A stretch of 64,000 bases of DNA from Candidatus Eiseniibacteriota bacterium (GTDB lineage: Bacteria > Eisenbacteria > RBG-16-71-46 > JABDJR01). How positions within the stretch are numbered: the first letter of the stretch is position 1; the number at the start of each line of letters is the position of its first letter. Positions 1 through 9,695 of this stretch are shown here, one piece after another. The stretch lies in the NCBI GenBank assembly GCA_963783375.1, contig CAWANH010000028.1:256001-320000 (forward strand), in the 5' to 3' direction. The position numbers and the translations under genes were made by a program. The notes beneath the pieces were generated by a model, which saw only the letters and a program-made list of their open reading frames with translations, was not told the origin of the DNA and searched no databases.

Positions 1-2400
1 CTGAACGTCGACGGCGACCGGCGCTCCGCCACTTTCGTCCTGGGCGCCCACGATCACTTCTACGGGACGGGGGAACGCGGCATCGCCCTCGATCTCCGGG
101 GCCGGGCCTTCGACACCGCCAACCAGGCGTTCTACGGCTACGGCGCTCCACCCCCCACCATGAACCTGAACGTGCCGTTCCTGGCAAACCTCGCCGGGTG
201 CGGGATCTACTTCGACAGTTCCTGGCCGGGGCGATTCGATCTGGGGGCGGGCAACACGAACCGGTTCAGCTACACCGCGAACGGCGGAGAGCTTTCGTTC
301 TACGTCATTGCCCAGGCCACCGTTCCCGCGCAGATCGAGGCCCTGACCTGGCTCACCGGGCGCCAACCCATGCCCCCACGCTGGGCGCTGGGCTACCTGC
401 AATCGAAATTCGCCTACCGGAACGAGGCCGAGGTCCGCGCGGTGGCCCGGGGCTTCCGGGACCGCGGCATTCCCTGCGACGGGATCATCCTCGATCTCTA
501 CTGGCAGGGGCCGGTGAGCGAGATGGGGAACCTGAGCTGGGACCGCGCCGCCTGGCCGGACCCGTTCCGGATGATGCGCGATCTGCGGGCGGACGGCTTC
601 CGCACCATCGCCATCACCGATCCGTACCTGACCCGGGAGTCGGCCCGGTTCGCGACCGCGCTCGAGCGCGACGCCTTCGCCCGGGCGGCGACGGGAACGC
701 CCTACCTGCTCCAGAACTTCTGGGCCTGCGGCTGCCCCGCCGGGCTGGTGGACCTCACCGATCCCGCGGTGCAGAGCTGGTGGTGGAGCCTCCACCCGGA
801 TTTCATGGGGGACGAGATGGCCGGGCTCTGGACCGATCTCGGCGAGCCCGAGCGCCACCCCGACGGCATGGTTCACCACCTGGGCCCCGCCCCCGAGGTC
901 CACAACCTGTTCAACCTTCTCTGGGCCAAGACCGTGTTCGGGGGGTTCCGCTCCTTCCACCCGGACCGGCGGTTCGTGAACCTCACGCGCTCGGGGTTCG
1001 CGGGCATCCAGCGGTACGCGGCCTTCCCCTGGACCGGCGACGTGCAAAAGTCCTTCGCGGGGCTGGCCGGCCAGATTCCGCTCCTTCTCAACACCGGGAT
1101 GTCGGGGATCGGGTACCTGGGGTCGGACACCGGGGGGTTCTGTTGCGGCGCCACCACTCCCGAACTCTACGCGCGCTGGATGGAGTTCTCGGCCTTCGGC
1201 CCGATGGCCCGCGCCCACAGCGGCGACCAGCCCGCCGAACCCTGGGCATTCGGCGCCCAGACCGAGGCGGTGGCCCGTTCGTTCCTGCGGCTTCGGTACC
1301 GGCTCCTCCCCTACCGCTACACCCTGGCCTGGGAGAACCACCGGACCGGCATGCCCCTGGCGCGGCCGCTCTTCTTCGCCGACCCCGCCGACCCAAGGCT
1401 CCGGGACGTGACCGACGCCTATCTCCTGGGCGGCGCGTTCCTGGTCGCTCCGGTGGTGCGGGACGGCTGGCGGCAGCGGACGGTGCCGCTTCCGGCCGGG
1501 GACTGGGTGGATTACTGGACCGATGAGCGCGTGAAGGGAGGCGCCGACGTCACCGTCTCCGCGCCCCTGGAGTCGATGCCCCTCTTTGTTCGGGCGGGAA
1601 GCCTGGTGCCGATGCAGCCGGACGCGGAGCACACCGACGGGCCGCCGTCGGACACGTTGATCGTGGCCGCCTACCCGGCGGTCGACGCGGGAGAGCGGCG
1701 GTTCACGCTCTACGAGGACGACGGCGAGAGCCTGGGGTACATGCGGGGGGAGTTCGCCCTCACCGACATCAGCCAGGCGGTCGCCCGGGCCGACTCCGAG
1801 GTCTCGGTCTCGGTCACCTTCGACCCAAGCCGCGGGGTCTACCCCGGCATGCCCCGGGCGCGCACGTACCGGGCGGAGATTCATGGGGTGGGCCGCGAGC
1901 CCACGGCGGTGACCCTGAACGGCCGGCCGGTGAGCGGATCGGGGACATCCGTTGGGTACGCCTACGACGCGGTCGGGAACGTGCTTTCGATCACCTTCCC
2001 CGCCTCCCCGGACAGCGGCTACCGGGTGGTCGCCGAGAACGTGGGCGAGCCCTACACCGAGCCGCCTGCGGAACCGTCGTTCACGGCGGCCCTGGGCCAG
2101 AACGTCCCCAACCCGTTCGACGGGGTCACCTCGATCCCCTACCGGCTTCGCCGGAGCGCGGCGGTGGATCTCCGGGTCTACGACGTGCGGGGCCGGGAGG
2201 TGGCGCGGCTCGAAGGCGTCCGGGTCGGCCCCGGGCCTCATCAAGCGCAGTTCCAGGCCTCGGACGAGGCGGGGCGGCCCCTGGGAAGCGGCATGTACTT
2301 CTACCGACTGCTGGCCCGCGAAATCGCCGGAGACGGGAGCCTGGCCCCGCCGCTCCCCATCCCGCCGCGCCGGATGATCCTGCTCCGCGGAGGGCGGTGA
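1..2400 (+). CDS. GH31 glycoside hydrolase (alpha-glucosidase/xylosidase-like) with C-terminal FlgD-Ig/T9SS-type domain; 5'-partial
   Basis: Frame is open from base 1. GH31 motifs LTGRQPMPPRWALG, WTDLGEP (nucleophile Asp), WTGD, YEDDGES. C-terminus GQNVPNPF..LRVYDVRGREV..SGMYFYRL. Confidence 0.92.
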   Translation: MNVDGDRRSATFVLGAHDHFYGTGERGIALDLRGRAFDTANQAFYGYGAPPPTMNLNVPFLANLAGCGIYFDSSWPGRFDLGAGNTNRFSYTANGGELSFYVIAQATVPAQIEALTWLTGRQPMPPRWALGYLQSKFAYRNEAEVRAVARGFRDRGIPCDGIILDLYWQGPVSEMGNLSWDRAAWPDPFRMMRDLRADGFRTIAITDPYLTRESARFATALERDAFARAATGTPYLLQNFWACGCPAGLVDLTDPAVQSWWWSLHPDFMGDEMAGLWTDLGEPERHPDGMVHHLGPAPEVHNLFNLLWAKTVFGGFRSFHPDRRFVNLTRSGFAGIQRYAAFPWTGDVQKSFAGLAGQIPLLLNTGMSGIGYLGSDTGGFCCGATTPELYARWMEFSAFGPMARAHSGDQPAEPWAFGAQTEAVARSFLRLRYRLLPYRYTLAWENHRTGMPLARPLFFADPADPRLRDVTDAYLLGGAFLVAPVVRDGWRQRTVPLPAGDWVDYWTDERVKGGADVTVSAPLESMPLFVRAGSLVPMQPDAEHTDGPPSDTLIVAAYPAVDAGERRFTLYEDDGESLGYMRGEFALTDISQAVARADSEVSVSVTFDPSRGVYPGMPRARTYRAEIHGVGREPTAVTLNGRPVSGSGTSVGYAYDAVGNVLSITFPASPDSGYRVVAENVGEPYTEPPAEPSFTAALGQNVPNPFDGVTSIPYRLRRSAAVDLRVYDVRGREVARLEGVRVGPGPHQAQFQASDEAGRPLGSGMYFYRLLAREIAGDGSLAPPLPIPPRRMILLRGGR

Positions 2401-2463
2401 GCGGGGAGAAACTCCCGGCCGGGCCGGCACCGGCGCGCGGCCGCACGACCCGGCAGGTCCGTC

Positions 2464-4578
2464 CTACCTCGCCGCCCCCGTCGTCTCCGCCGGCGCGTCG
2501 AGATACCGCTGGAGCTTCAACGCCTGCGGATCCTTGGGCTTCTGCGCCAGCGCCTTCTCCACTTCCGTCCGCGCCCGCTCCGGCTCTCCGGCGGCGACGT
2601 AGGACAGGGCGAGGTGGTAGCGAAGCTCGAAGGAGTCCGGGTTCCGGTCCGCCCCCGCCTGGAACGTCTCGACCGCCCGCCCGATGTCGCGTTCCTTCAG
2701 GTACAACATGCCCAGGCGAAGGTAGGGCAGATCTTCCCCGGGGGCGAGGTCGATGCCCCGCGAGTAGGCCTCGATCGCGTTCGCGTCCCGGCCCATCGCC
2801 TCGTAGGCGATACCGAGGTCGACCCAGGCGGAGGCGTCGGCGGGCCGGAGGCGCACCGCGACCTGGAGCTGATTGGCGGCGTCGTCGAACCGATCCAGCT
2901 GGAGGTAGGTGGACCCCAGGTTGAAACGGACGTCGGGATCGGCCGGACGGGCCATGAGCACGTCGTTGTAGAGACGTGCCGCGTCCTCGAGCTTTCCCGC
3001 CCGGCTGTAGGCGTCGGCCAGGAGATTGGTGATGGAAACGTCGTTGGGGGTCTTCCGGTGCGCCTTCTCCAGTAGCGCCGTCCCCTCCGCCACCTGGCCG
3101 CTTCGGAGCAGGATGTCCCCCATCCGGGCGGTCTCCAGCGCCGGGTTCTCCAGGCGCACGTGGAAGAAGTTCGTGTTCACCACCACCAGGGCGACCAGAC
3201 CCGCGGCCAGCGCGGAGCCGCGGAACACCGATCGCCAGCGCGCCGCCGCGTACCCGGCGGCCACGAGCACCGGAATCACCAGGGGCAATCGGAACCGCGC
3301 GGTGATGAAGAACGGCAACAGCGAAAGCGCGTAGAGCACGAACCACCCGGTCAAGAGCGTCGCCCCGGGGCGGGTCCGCCGGTCGCCCCAGGCCGCGAAC
3401 CATCCCACCACCGCCACCGGGAACACCAGCCCCCACGGAAACACCAGCGGCCAGCTCTTCCAGATCAGCCAGCGCACCGGCCCGACCCGGTCGAAGTAGA
3501 GATCGCGGTTGTTGGGGATCTCGAAGGCGTTCACCAGGTAGTAGGCCTTCCGGGCGTAGAGGCCCAGGGCCTTGGCCGGGTGGGAGCCGATCCAATGAAG
3601 CCCGCGGCGGAGCCACCAGCTCGACACTTCCCGCGAGTCCAGGGGCCGCCCCGCCGCCTCCTCCGCGACCGCCCGGGACTGGTCGACGAACTGCCGCCAG
3701 CTCACGATGTTCCGAAGCTCGGGGATCTCCACGCTTCGCCCCGAAGCCAGGCCGTGGTTTCCGGCGTAGAAGTTCACCCCTCCCTGGCTCGACACGAAGA
3801 CGAGGGTCCCCTCCGCCGCCGCGTTCACCCCGGTCAGGATCAGGGCGGGCAGAAGACCGAGCCCCGCGACCCAGGCCGCGGCCGTCCGGGCGCCTCGGCG
3901 CGTCTTCTCCGAGGCCTCGGTCCGGGCGCGCGCCGCGTCTCCGGCCGAGGCGCCGCGCCCCCGCCACCACACCCAGATCGCCGCCGCGGGAAGCACGGCC
4001 AGCGCGTTGGGCCGGGCCGCCGCGGCCAGGCCGAGGAGTGCCCCCGCGGCCACCGCGTTCCGAAGCCGGGGCGGACCGAGGAGCAGGAACAGGGCCCAGG
4101 CCATGAGCGCGAGGAGCAGGTTGGGGATCAGAAGCTCGCCGTCGAAGAAGACCAGGGCGCCGTAGAGCGCGGCCAGGACCCCCGCGGCGAGCCCCGCGCG
4201 CCGGCCGCCGAACCGGTGGGCGGAACCGGCGATCGCCGCCGCGGTTCCCGCCCCCACCACGGCCTGGATCATGCGCGCGGCCAGAAGATCGTGACCGAAG
4301 ATGCGGTAGACGAGGGATAGCCACAAGGGATAGAGCGGGGCCCGGAAGAAGGCGTGACCGTCCATGTTCCAGGCGCCCCGGGCCCAGGCCCAGGCCCACT
4401 CGTCGTGCCACTGGCCGTCCACGATCAGGTGCGAGAAGAAGGGCGAAGCGCGGTAGGCGAAGACGTAGGCCGCGCGGACGGCCAGGGCCAGCACGAAGGC
4501 CAGAAGCATGGTCACGGTCACCGACCGCAGCGAGGCGCCGCGGCCACCGGGGAAGGCGACCGGGGTTCGACGCTTCAT
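2464..4578 (-). CDS. ArnT/PMT-like (GT-C) membrane glycosyltransferase with C-terminal TPR repeats
   Basis: N-terminal D..H.W and FRAPLYP motifs, many TM helices, GGVNFYAGN, then TPRs (DVRFNLG, AWVDLG, YLRLG, YHLAL). Confidence 0.8.
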   Translation of the reverse strand: MKRRTPVAFPGGRGASLRSVTVTMLLAFVLALAVRAAYVFAYRASPFFSHLIVDGQWHDEWAWAWARGAWNMDGHAFFRAPLYPLWLSLVYRIFGHDLLAARMIQAVVGAGTAAAIAGSAHRFGGRRAGLAAGVLAALYGALVFFDGELLIPNLLLALMAWALFLLLGPPRLRNAVAAGALLGLAAAARPNALAVLPAAAIWVWWRGRGASAGDAARARTEASEKTRRGARTAAAWVAGLGLLPALILTGVNAAAEGTLVFVSSQGGVNFYAGNHGLASGRSVEIPELRNIVSWRQFVDQSRAVAEEAAGRPLDSREVSSWWLRRGLHWIGSHPAKALGLYARKAYYLVNAFEIPNNRDLYFDRVGPVRWLIWKSWPLVFPWGLVFPVAVVGWFAAWGDRRTRPGATLLTGWFVLYALSLLPFFITARFRLPLVIPVLVAAGYAAARWRSVFRGSALAAGLVALVVVNTNFFHVRLENPALETARMGDILLRSGQVAEGTALLEKAHRKTPNDVSITNLLADAYSRAGKLEDAARLYNDVLMARPADPDVRFNLGSTYLQLDRFDDAANQLQVAVRLRPADASAWVDLGIAYEAMGRDANAIEAYSRGIDLAPGEDLPYLRLGMLYLKERDIGRAVETFQAGADRNPDSFELRYHLALSYVAAGEPERARTEVEKALAQKPKDPQALKLQRYLDAPAETTGAAR

Positions 4579-4618
4579 GGCGCGCGGCGGACGCCGGATG
4601 AGACCCTCATGGTCGCGC

Positions 4619-5458
4619 CTACCGAGGTGCGACCTCCCGTCCCGCGGCCGCGGCCGGACCGATCGGACAGGTCACGTCGTTGCGGTCGGCGTCCCAGCAG
4701 AGCGGGAAACCTTCGTTCAGTTCATCGGCGGTCAGGCTCCCCGTCCCGTCCTCGGCATTCCAGTCCACCCGCCACGACTTGGCGGTGGAGCTGTCGTAGA
4801 ACTCCAGGGAGTAGGCGGCGCCGTCGACGAGATAGGTCACCGTGGTCGCGTTGTATTTACTTTCCGCGTCCACGATGGTGATGTCCAGAAAGGCGTCGGT
4901 CTCCGAAACCGCGAGCCAGTCCGCGGTGAGGACCGCGGGGTCACCCTCCCGGTTGAAGTCGTGGAAGGTCCAGGCTCCCTGGTGGGTGGTGTCGTTGCTC
5001 CACCCCGAGAACCAGACCTGGGACTCCTTCCCGGGCAGGACCACGTTCATCTGCCAGTTCACCGACTCCCCGTCCCGCTTCCCGGTGAGCCGCAGCTGGT
5101 AGTCCTCGCCGGAGTGGGTGTAGGTGTAGATCCAGGTGTACGACCCGTCGCTCTGCCGGCTGGGCACGGTGTGGAGCGCCAGGGCCAGGGCGGCCTCGGG
5201 GGGAATCATGATCGCGGTGACGGCCAGGTTCACCACGGCCACCCGTCCTGCCGCCATGACGAAATGGGTCGACGCGGCCGGCCTCCGGTCGGCCGGGGAA
5301 CCGGAGATGTTGAAGTAGTCCAGGTTCAGGTGCATCGAGGCGGTGGTGGGAAGGGGCGGCGGATCGCTCTTCTGCTTGTCCCCCCCGCATCCGGCGGCGG
5401 CCAGGAGCGCCGCCCCCACCAGGCCGATCACCAGCAGCTTCGGAATCCGATTCGTCAT
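4619..5458 (-). CDS. Hypothetical lipoprotein
   Basis: ATG at 5458 behind AGAAGGAGG RBS; lipobox AAAG-C; coding-like codon usage. Confidence 0.75.
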   Translation of the reverse strand: MTNRIPKLLVIGLVGAALLAAAGCGGDKQKSDPPPLPTTASMHLNLDYFNISGSPADRRPAASTHFVMAAGRVAVVNLAVTAIMIPPEAALALALHTVPSRQSDGSYTWIYTYTHSGEDYQLRLTGKRDGESVNWQMNVVLPGKESQVWFSGWSNDTTHQGAWTFHDFNREGDPAVLTADWLAVSETDAFLDITIVDAESKYNATTVTYLVDGAAYSLEFYDSSTAKSWRVDWNAEDGTGSLTADELNEGFPLCWDADRNDVTCPIGPAAAAGREVAPR

Positions 5459-5582
5459 GGGATTTCCTCCTTCTCCCGGGCCGCCCACCGGTTCCGGGGC
5501 CAAGCGGCGCAACCGCCGCCGGTGACCGGCTCCATGAGCTTCCCGGACCTGAACTCGGCCCCGTCGATCGATTGCGGCGCGG

Positions 5583-6605
5583 TCAGCGCCGGTCGAGCTT
5601 CTTCAGCTTCCTCCAGAGGGTGCTGCGGCTGATCCCGAGACGCCGGGCGGCCTCGGATGCGTTTCCGGCCACCCGCTCCAGGGTGCGTTGAATGTAGATC
5701 GCCTCCACCTCTTCCAGGGTCAACCCGTCGGGGACGTGAACCGCCTCCCTGGGGGCCTCGATCCGGGGCCGGGCCGCCTCGCGCATCTGGGGGGGCAGGT
5801 CCTCGGGGCGGATCACGTCGCCCTCGGCCAGGGCCACCGCCCGCTGGAGGGCGTTCTCCAGCTCCCGGACGTTTCCCGGATAATCGTAGCGCACGAGCCG
5901 GACCTGGGCCTCCTCGGAGAACCCGCTCAGGCTCTTGTGCATCTTGGCCGCGTAGCGGTCGAGAAAGTAGCCGGCGAGGAGCGGGATGTCCTCCCGCCGC
6001 TCCCGGAGGGGGGGCACCTCGATCTGGAACACGTTCAGCCGGTAGTAGAGATCCTCGCGGAACCCCCGCTCCTCCATGGCCCGGCGAAGATCCCGGTTGG
6101 TGGCGGAGATGATGCGGACGTCCACCCGGATCGAGCTGTTGGAGCCCACCCGGCGCACCTCCCCGTCCTGGAGCGCCCGGAGCAGCTTCACCTGGCTCGT
6201 CTGCGGCAGTTCGCCGACCTCGTCCAGGAAGAGGCTGCCGCCGTCGGCCTGCTCGAACATGCCCTTCTTGTCGGTGGTGGCGCCGGTGAAGGATCCCCGC
6301 ACGTGACCGAAGAGCTCGGACTCCAGGAGGTTCTCGGGAAGGGCGCCGCAATTGATGGCCAGGAACGGCTCGTGGGCCCGGCGGCTCTGGAAATGGATGG
6401 AGCGGGCCAGGAGTTCCTTTCCCGTCCCCGACTCCCCGGTCAGGAGCACCGCGCTCTCGGTGGGGGCGATCTTGGACACGAAGCGGAAGATCCGCTGCAT
6501 GCGCGGGCTCCGCCCGATGATGTGGACGGCCCCGGCCTCCGGGCCCTCCAGGGGGGCCCGGGTGCCGGCGGCGTCGATGAAGGGAGATCTTGAAGAGGCT
6601 GTCAT
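5583..6605 (-). CDS. Sigma54-dependent Fis-family enhancer-binding protein lacking an N-terminal sensor domain
   Basis: GESGTGKE Walker A, ESELFGH..GSFTGA, LFLDEVGE Walker B, FREDLYYRL, PGNVREL, C-terminal HTH (AARRLGISRSTLWRKL). Confidence 0.92.
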   Translation of the reverse strand: MTASSRSPFIDAAGTRAPLEGPEAGAVHIIGRSPRMQRIFRFVSKIAPTESAVLLTGESGTGKELLARSIHFQSRRAHEPFLAINCGALPENLLESELFGHVRGSFTGATTDKKGMFEQADGGSLFLDEVGELPQTSQVKLLRALQDGEVRRVGSNSSIRVDVRIISATNRDLRRAMEERGFREDLYYRLNVFQIEVPPLRERREDIPLLAGYFLDRYAAKMHKSLSGFSEEAQVRLVRYDYPGNVRELENALQRAVALAEGDVIRPEDLPPQMREAARPRIEAPREAVHVPDGLTLEEVEAIYIQRTLERVAGNASEAARRLGISRSTLWRKLKKLDRR

Positions 6606-6884
6606 GATTGATGTCGACGTTCCAGGAGAGGCCAGGCAAGAGAACCCCGGCCCGATCCCGAGCGGCGGGCCGGTTCCGGTATGCGGTTGGGGCCGGCTCC
6701 CCGGCAAGCTCCGATCATGACTGTACCGGTCGGGGGCGGGGATGGGGTAGGGCGTTTCCCGGAACCGCCGTCGGAGGCTCGGGGGGGCGATCGGCGGGCC
6801 CGGGGCGAGGGGGGCGACCCGGGGCCGGCAACCGCCCCGGCTACCCGTTGCTCTCCACGTCAGGAAACCGGCCGGTCGCGGGAC

Positions 6885-7289
6885 TCAGTAGCCCGCGCGC
6901 TGGGTGCGGCGGGCGGCCTTGCGGCCCACCCTCTGGTGCAGGGTCTGTCTGGCCTCGAGGCTGGCCGACGGGCTCGACGCGGGGTAGAACTCGTAGTGAC
7001 GCGTGTAGAACCAGAACGTCACGTCGCATGAGTAGTGGGCGGCGATGGTCGAGGTCCCGGTCTCGGGAACCATGACCACCAGCTGCCGGTCCGTGAGGGG
7101 GATGTGCTTCTCTTCAACGAACGCCATGGTGTCCCGGCGAAGCTCGCGCTCCCCCTTGAGACCCTGGTCATGGATCAGATCCTGCATCTTCCCCTCGAGC
7201 ATGGTGTTCTTGATGTAGGGAGAGGTGAACTTGTAGCCGAGGTGAATGGCGGCCAGGACAAGGAGAAATCCCAGAAGTCCTCGTATCAT
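6885..7289 (-). CDS. Small membrane-anchored hypothetical protein (DUF4845-like)
   Basis: N-terminal TM helix followed by PYIKN; size and pattern resemble DUF4845. Confidence 0.55.
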   Translation of the reverse strand: MIRGLLGFLLVLAAIHLGYKFTSPYIKNTMLEGKMQDLIHDQGLKGERELRRDTMAFVEEKHIPLTDRQLVVMVPETGTSTIAAHYSCDVTFWFYTRHYEFYPASSPSASLEARQTLHQRVGRKAARRTQRAGY

Positions 7290-7358
7290 GATGACGCCCT
7301 CGCGGGAACGGGTTCGGCGCGGGAGCGGTTCGATGGGCGCGCCCGCGTTTCCGAACGG

Positions 7359-8801
7359 TTATCGGCCGCCTTCGCCGGAAGTTGAGGCGGCTTCGGCGGC
7401 GAGGACCGCGGCCGGGGGAGGACCCCCGTCCCCCCCGGACGAGGGGGTCCGCCAGGTTCCCCGCGCCCACCACCAGCGCAGCGCCGCTCCGCGCACGGCC
7501 GCGGTGGCGCTCACCGTCCACCAGATTCCCGGCGGTCCCCACCCCGCGGGCCCGGAGAGGAACCAGGCCAGGGGCATCCGGATGAGCGAGATCGGGACCG
7601 AGACCAGCATGGGGGGAAGGGTGTGGCCCGAACCCGCGAAGCCGCCGCTCAGGACCAGCTCCCAGGATTGGAAGACCTGGCAGACCGCGACCGCCCGCAG
7701 GAACTCCACCCCCTCGCTCACCGCGCCGGGATCCGCGGTGAAGAGCCGGATGAGGGGCGCGGGGAACACCAGGAACACCCCCATGAACACCGCCCCCACC
7801 AGCGAACCAAGGAGCGTGGCGCGGGAGGCGAGGCGCGACGCCCGGTCCACCCGGCCCGCGCCCAGATTCTGCCCCACCAACGTGGCGGTGGCGGTCCCGA
7901 TGGCGTGGATGGTGAGAAAGGAGAGGGCCTCCACCCGGTTCACGATCCCCAGCGCGGCCAGGGTGGCGGTCCCGAACCCGGCGGCCACCCGGCCCAGGAA
8001 AAGGTAGACTGCCGAGAAGAGAATGCCGGTGAAGGTGATGGGAAAGCCGATGCCGGTGATCCGCCGCGCCGCGAGCAGCCTGGGGCGGAACCCGCGACGG
8101 CCCTCGCCGAGGGGAAGATCGATGCGGCCCCGCCGGGCGAGGAGCACGTACACCCCGAGACCCACCGCGTGCGCGAAGGCGCTGGCCGCGGCCGCTCCCC
8201 CCACGCCCCAGTGCGGAAACGGTCCCACCCCGAAGATGAGGAGCGGGTCAAGACCCGCATTCAAGACCAGGATCCCCGCCAGCACCCTGAACGGCGTCCC
8301 GGTGTCCCCCACCCCGCGAAAGAGATCCTGGAAGATGAGCTCCAGGATGAGCACCGGGGCGGAGGCAAAGAGAATCCGGAGGTAGACTGCACCCTGCCGG
8401 CGCACCTCCGGGTCCTCGGTCACCGCGCGGAACAGCGCCCCGGAGCCGAACTGCCCCGCCGCGACCAGGAGCACGGCCAGGACCGACCCCCAGAAGAAGC
8501 CCTGCCAGGCGATCTCCGCGGCGGCGGCGCGGCGCCCCGCGCCCACGTGGCGGGCGGCCAGGGACAACACCCCCACCGAGATCATCTCGCCCAGGGAGAG
8601 GAGCGTCCACGACACGAAGACCGAGGTACTCACCGAGGCCACCGCCCCCGCGCCGAGCCGGCCCACCCAGAAGAGGTCGGTGAGGACGAAGAGGCTCTGG
8701 AGCCCCATGCTCGCCACCACCGGCCAGGCCAGGCCGAGCACCAGCCGGGCAAGCCGCGGATCGTGGAGAATCGGGTTGGTCGCGTTCCGGTTGCCGCTCA
8801 C
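7359..8801 (-). CDS. MATE family efflux transporter
   Basis: About 12 TM helices; DLFWVGRLG, RGVGDT..P, LDPLLIFG..WGVGGAAAA, GQNLGAG. GTG start overlaps the prmA stop (GTGA). Confidence 0.92.
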   Translation of the reverse strand: MSGNRNATNPILHDPRLARLVLGLAWPVVASMGLQSLFVLTDLFWVGRLGAGAVASVSTSVFVSWTLLSLGEMISVGVLSLAARHVGAGRRAAAAEIAWQGFFWGSVLAVLLVAAGQFGSGALFRAVTEDPEVRRQGAVYLRILFASAPVLILELIFQDLFRGVGDTGTPFRVLAGILVLNAGLDPLLIFGVGPFPHWGVGGAAAASAFAHAVGLGVYVLLARRGRIDLPLGEGRRGFRPRLLAARRITGIGFPITFTGILFSAVYLFLGRVAAGFGTATLAALGIVNRVEALSFLTIHAIGTATATLVGQNLGAGRVDRASRLASRATLLGSLVGAVFMGVFLVFPAPLIRLFTADPGAVSEGVEFLRAVAVCQVFQSWELVLSGGFAGSGHTLPPMLVSVPISLIRMPLAWFLSGPAGWGPPGIWWTVSATAAVRGAALRWWWARGTWRTPSSGGDGGPPPAAVLAAEAASTSGEGGR

Positions 8802-9676
8802 CGGCGCCAGGTGAACGCGGTCCACCCCTCCCGCGACACCCGTCCTTCAGCCGCGAATCCCCGCCCTCGCCAGCGGGCTTCCGCCGCAGGGGCCTGCTCG
8901 TCCCGAAAGCCGGAGAGGATCACCCGGGAGCCCGGGGCGACGATCCGGGCCAGCTCTGTCTCGACCGTCTCGTGCTCCGCCGCGGTGAGGTTGGCCGCGG
9001 CGAGGTCGAAGCTTCCGTCCGGAAAGGGCAGGGTGCGGGTGAGGACGGCCCGGCAGCGCGCCCCCGAAGGGTTCCGGGCCAGGTTGGTGCGGAGCGAGGC
9101 CACGGCGTCCGGGTCGGCTTCGGTCAGGGTCGCCCGGAGTTCCCCGACCAGGGCCGTCGCCCCCAGGGAGAGGATCCCGCTCCCCGCTCCCACGTCCACC
9201 AAGCGCCGTGGGGGGGGGCTGGCCAGGCACGGCTCGAGGAGTTCCCAGGCCAGGGCGGTGGAAACGTGAGTGCCGGTCCCGAAGGCCCGGCCGGGGTCGA
9301 TCCGGACCGGGGTCCGTTCCCCGGGAAGCGGGTCTTCCCACCAGGCGGGAACCGCGACCAACCGCTCTCCCAGGGGAGTAGGGCGCCACCCCGCCTTCCA
9401 GGTGCTGAGCCAGTCTTCCTCCACCACGGTGAAGGTTCGTATCCGGACCCCGCCGGCGTCGGCTCCGGGAACCCGGCGGACCCAGTCCTGAACCTCGGCG
9501 GCGAGACGGGTCTCGTCCCAGGGCTCGGCGGAGAACGCGGTCATCCGGCCGGGGACGGCAGGATCCTCCTCGAGGCCGGTCAGGGGATAAGCCCAGAGGA
9601 GGGCCGCCACCACCTCGGCCGCCGGTTCGGGGACGGTCACCTCCAGGGCGTGCCAGACGCGCGGGGGAACGCTCAT
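8798..9676 (-). CDS. prmA: Ribosomal protein L11 methyltransferase
   Basis: EEDWLSTWK, IDPGRAFGTGTHVST, DVGAGSGIL SAM-binding motif, ILSG. Confidence 0.9.
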   Translation of the reverse strand: MSVPPRVWHALEVTVPEPAAEVVAALLWAYPLTGLEEDPAVPGRMTAFSAEPWDETRLAAEVQDWVRRVPGADAGGVRIRTFTVVEEDWLSTWKAGWRPTPLGERLVAVPAWWEDPLPGERTPVRIDPGRAFGTGTHVSTALAWELLEPCLASPPPRRLVDVGAGSGILSLGATALVGELRATLTEADPDAVASLRTNLARNPSGARCRAVLTRTLPFPDGSFDLAAANLTAAEHETVETELARIVAPGSRVILSGFRDEQAPAAEARWRGRGFAAEGRVSREGWTAFTWRR

Positions 9677-9695
9677 CCCGCGTCCTTCCGAACGG

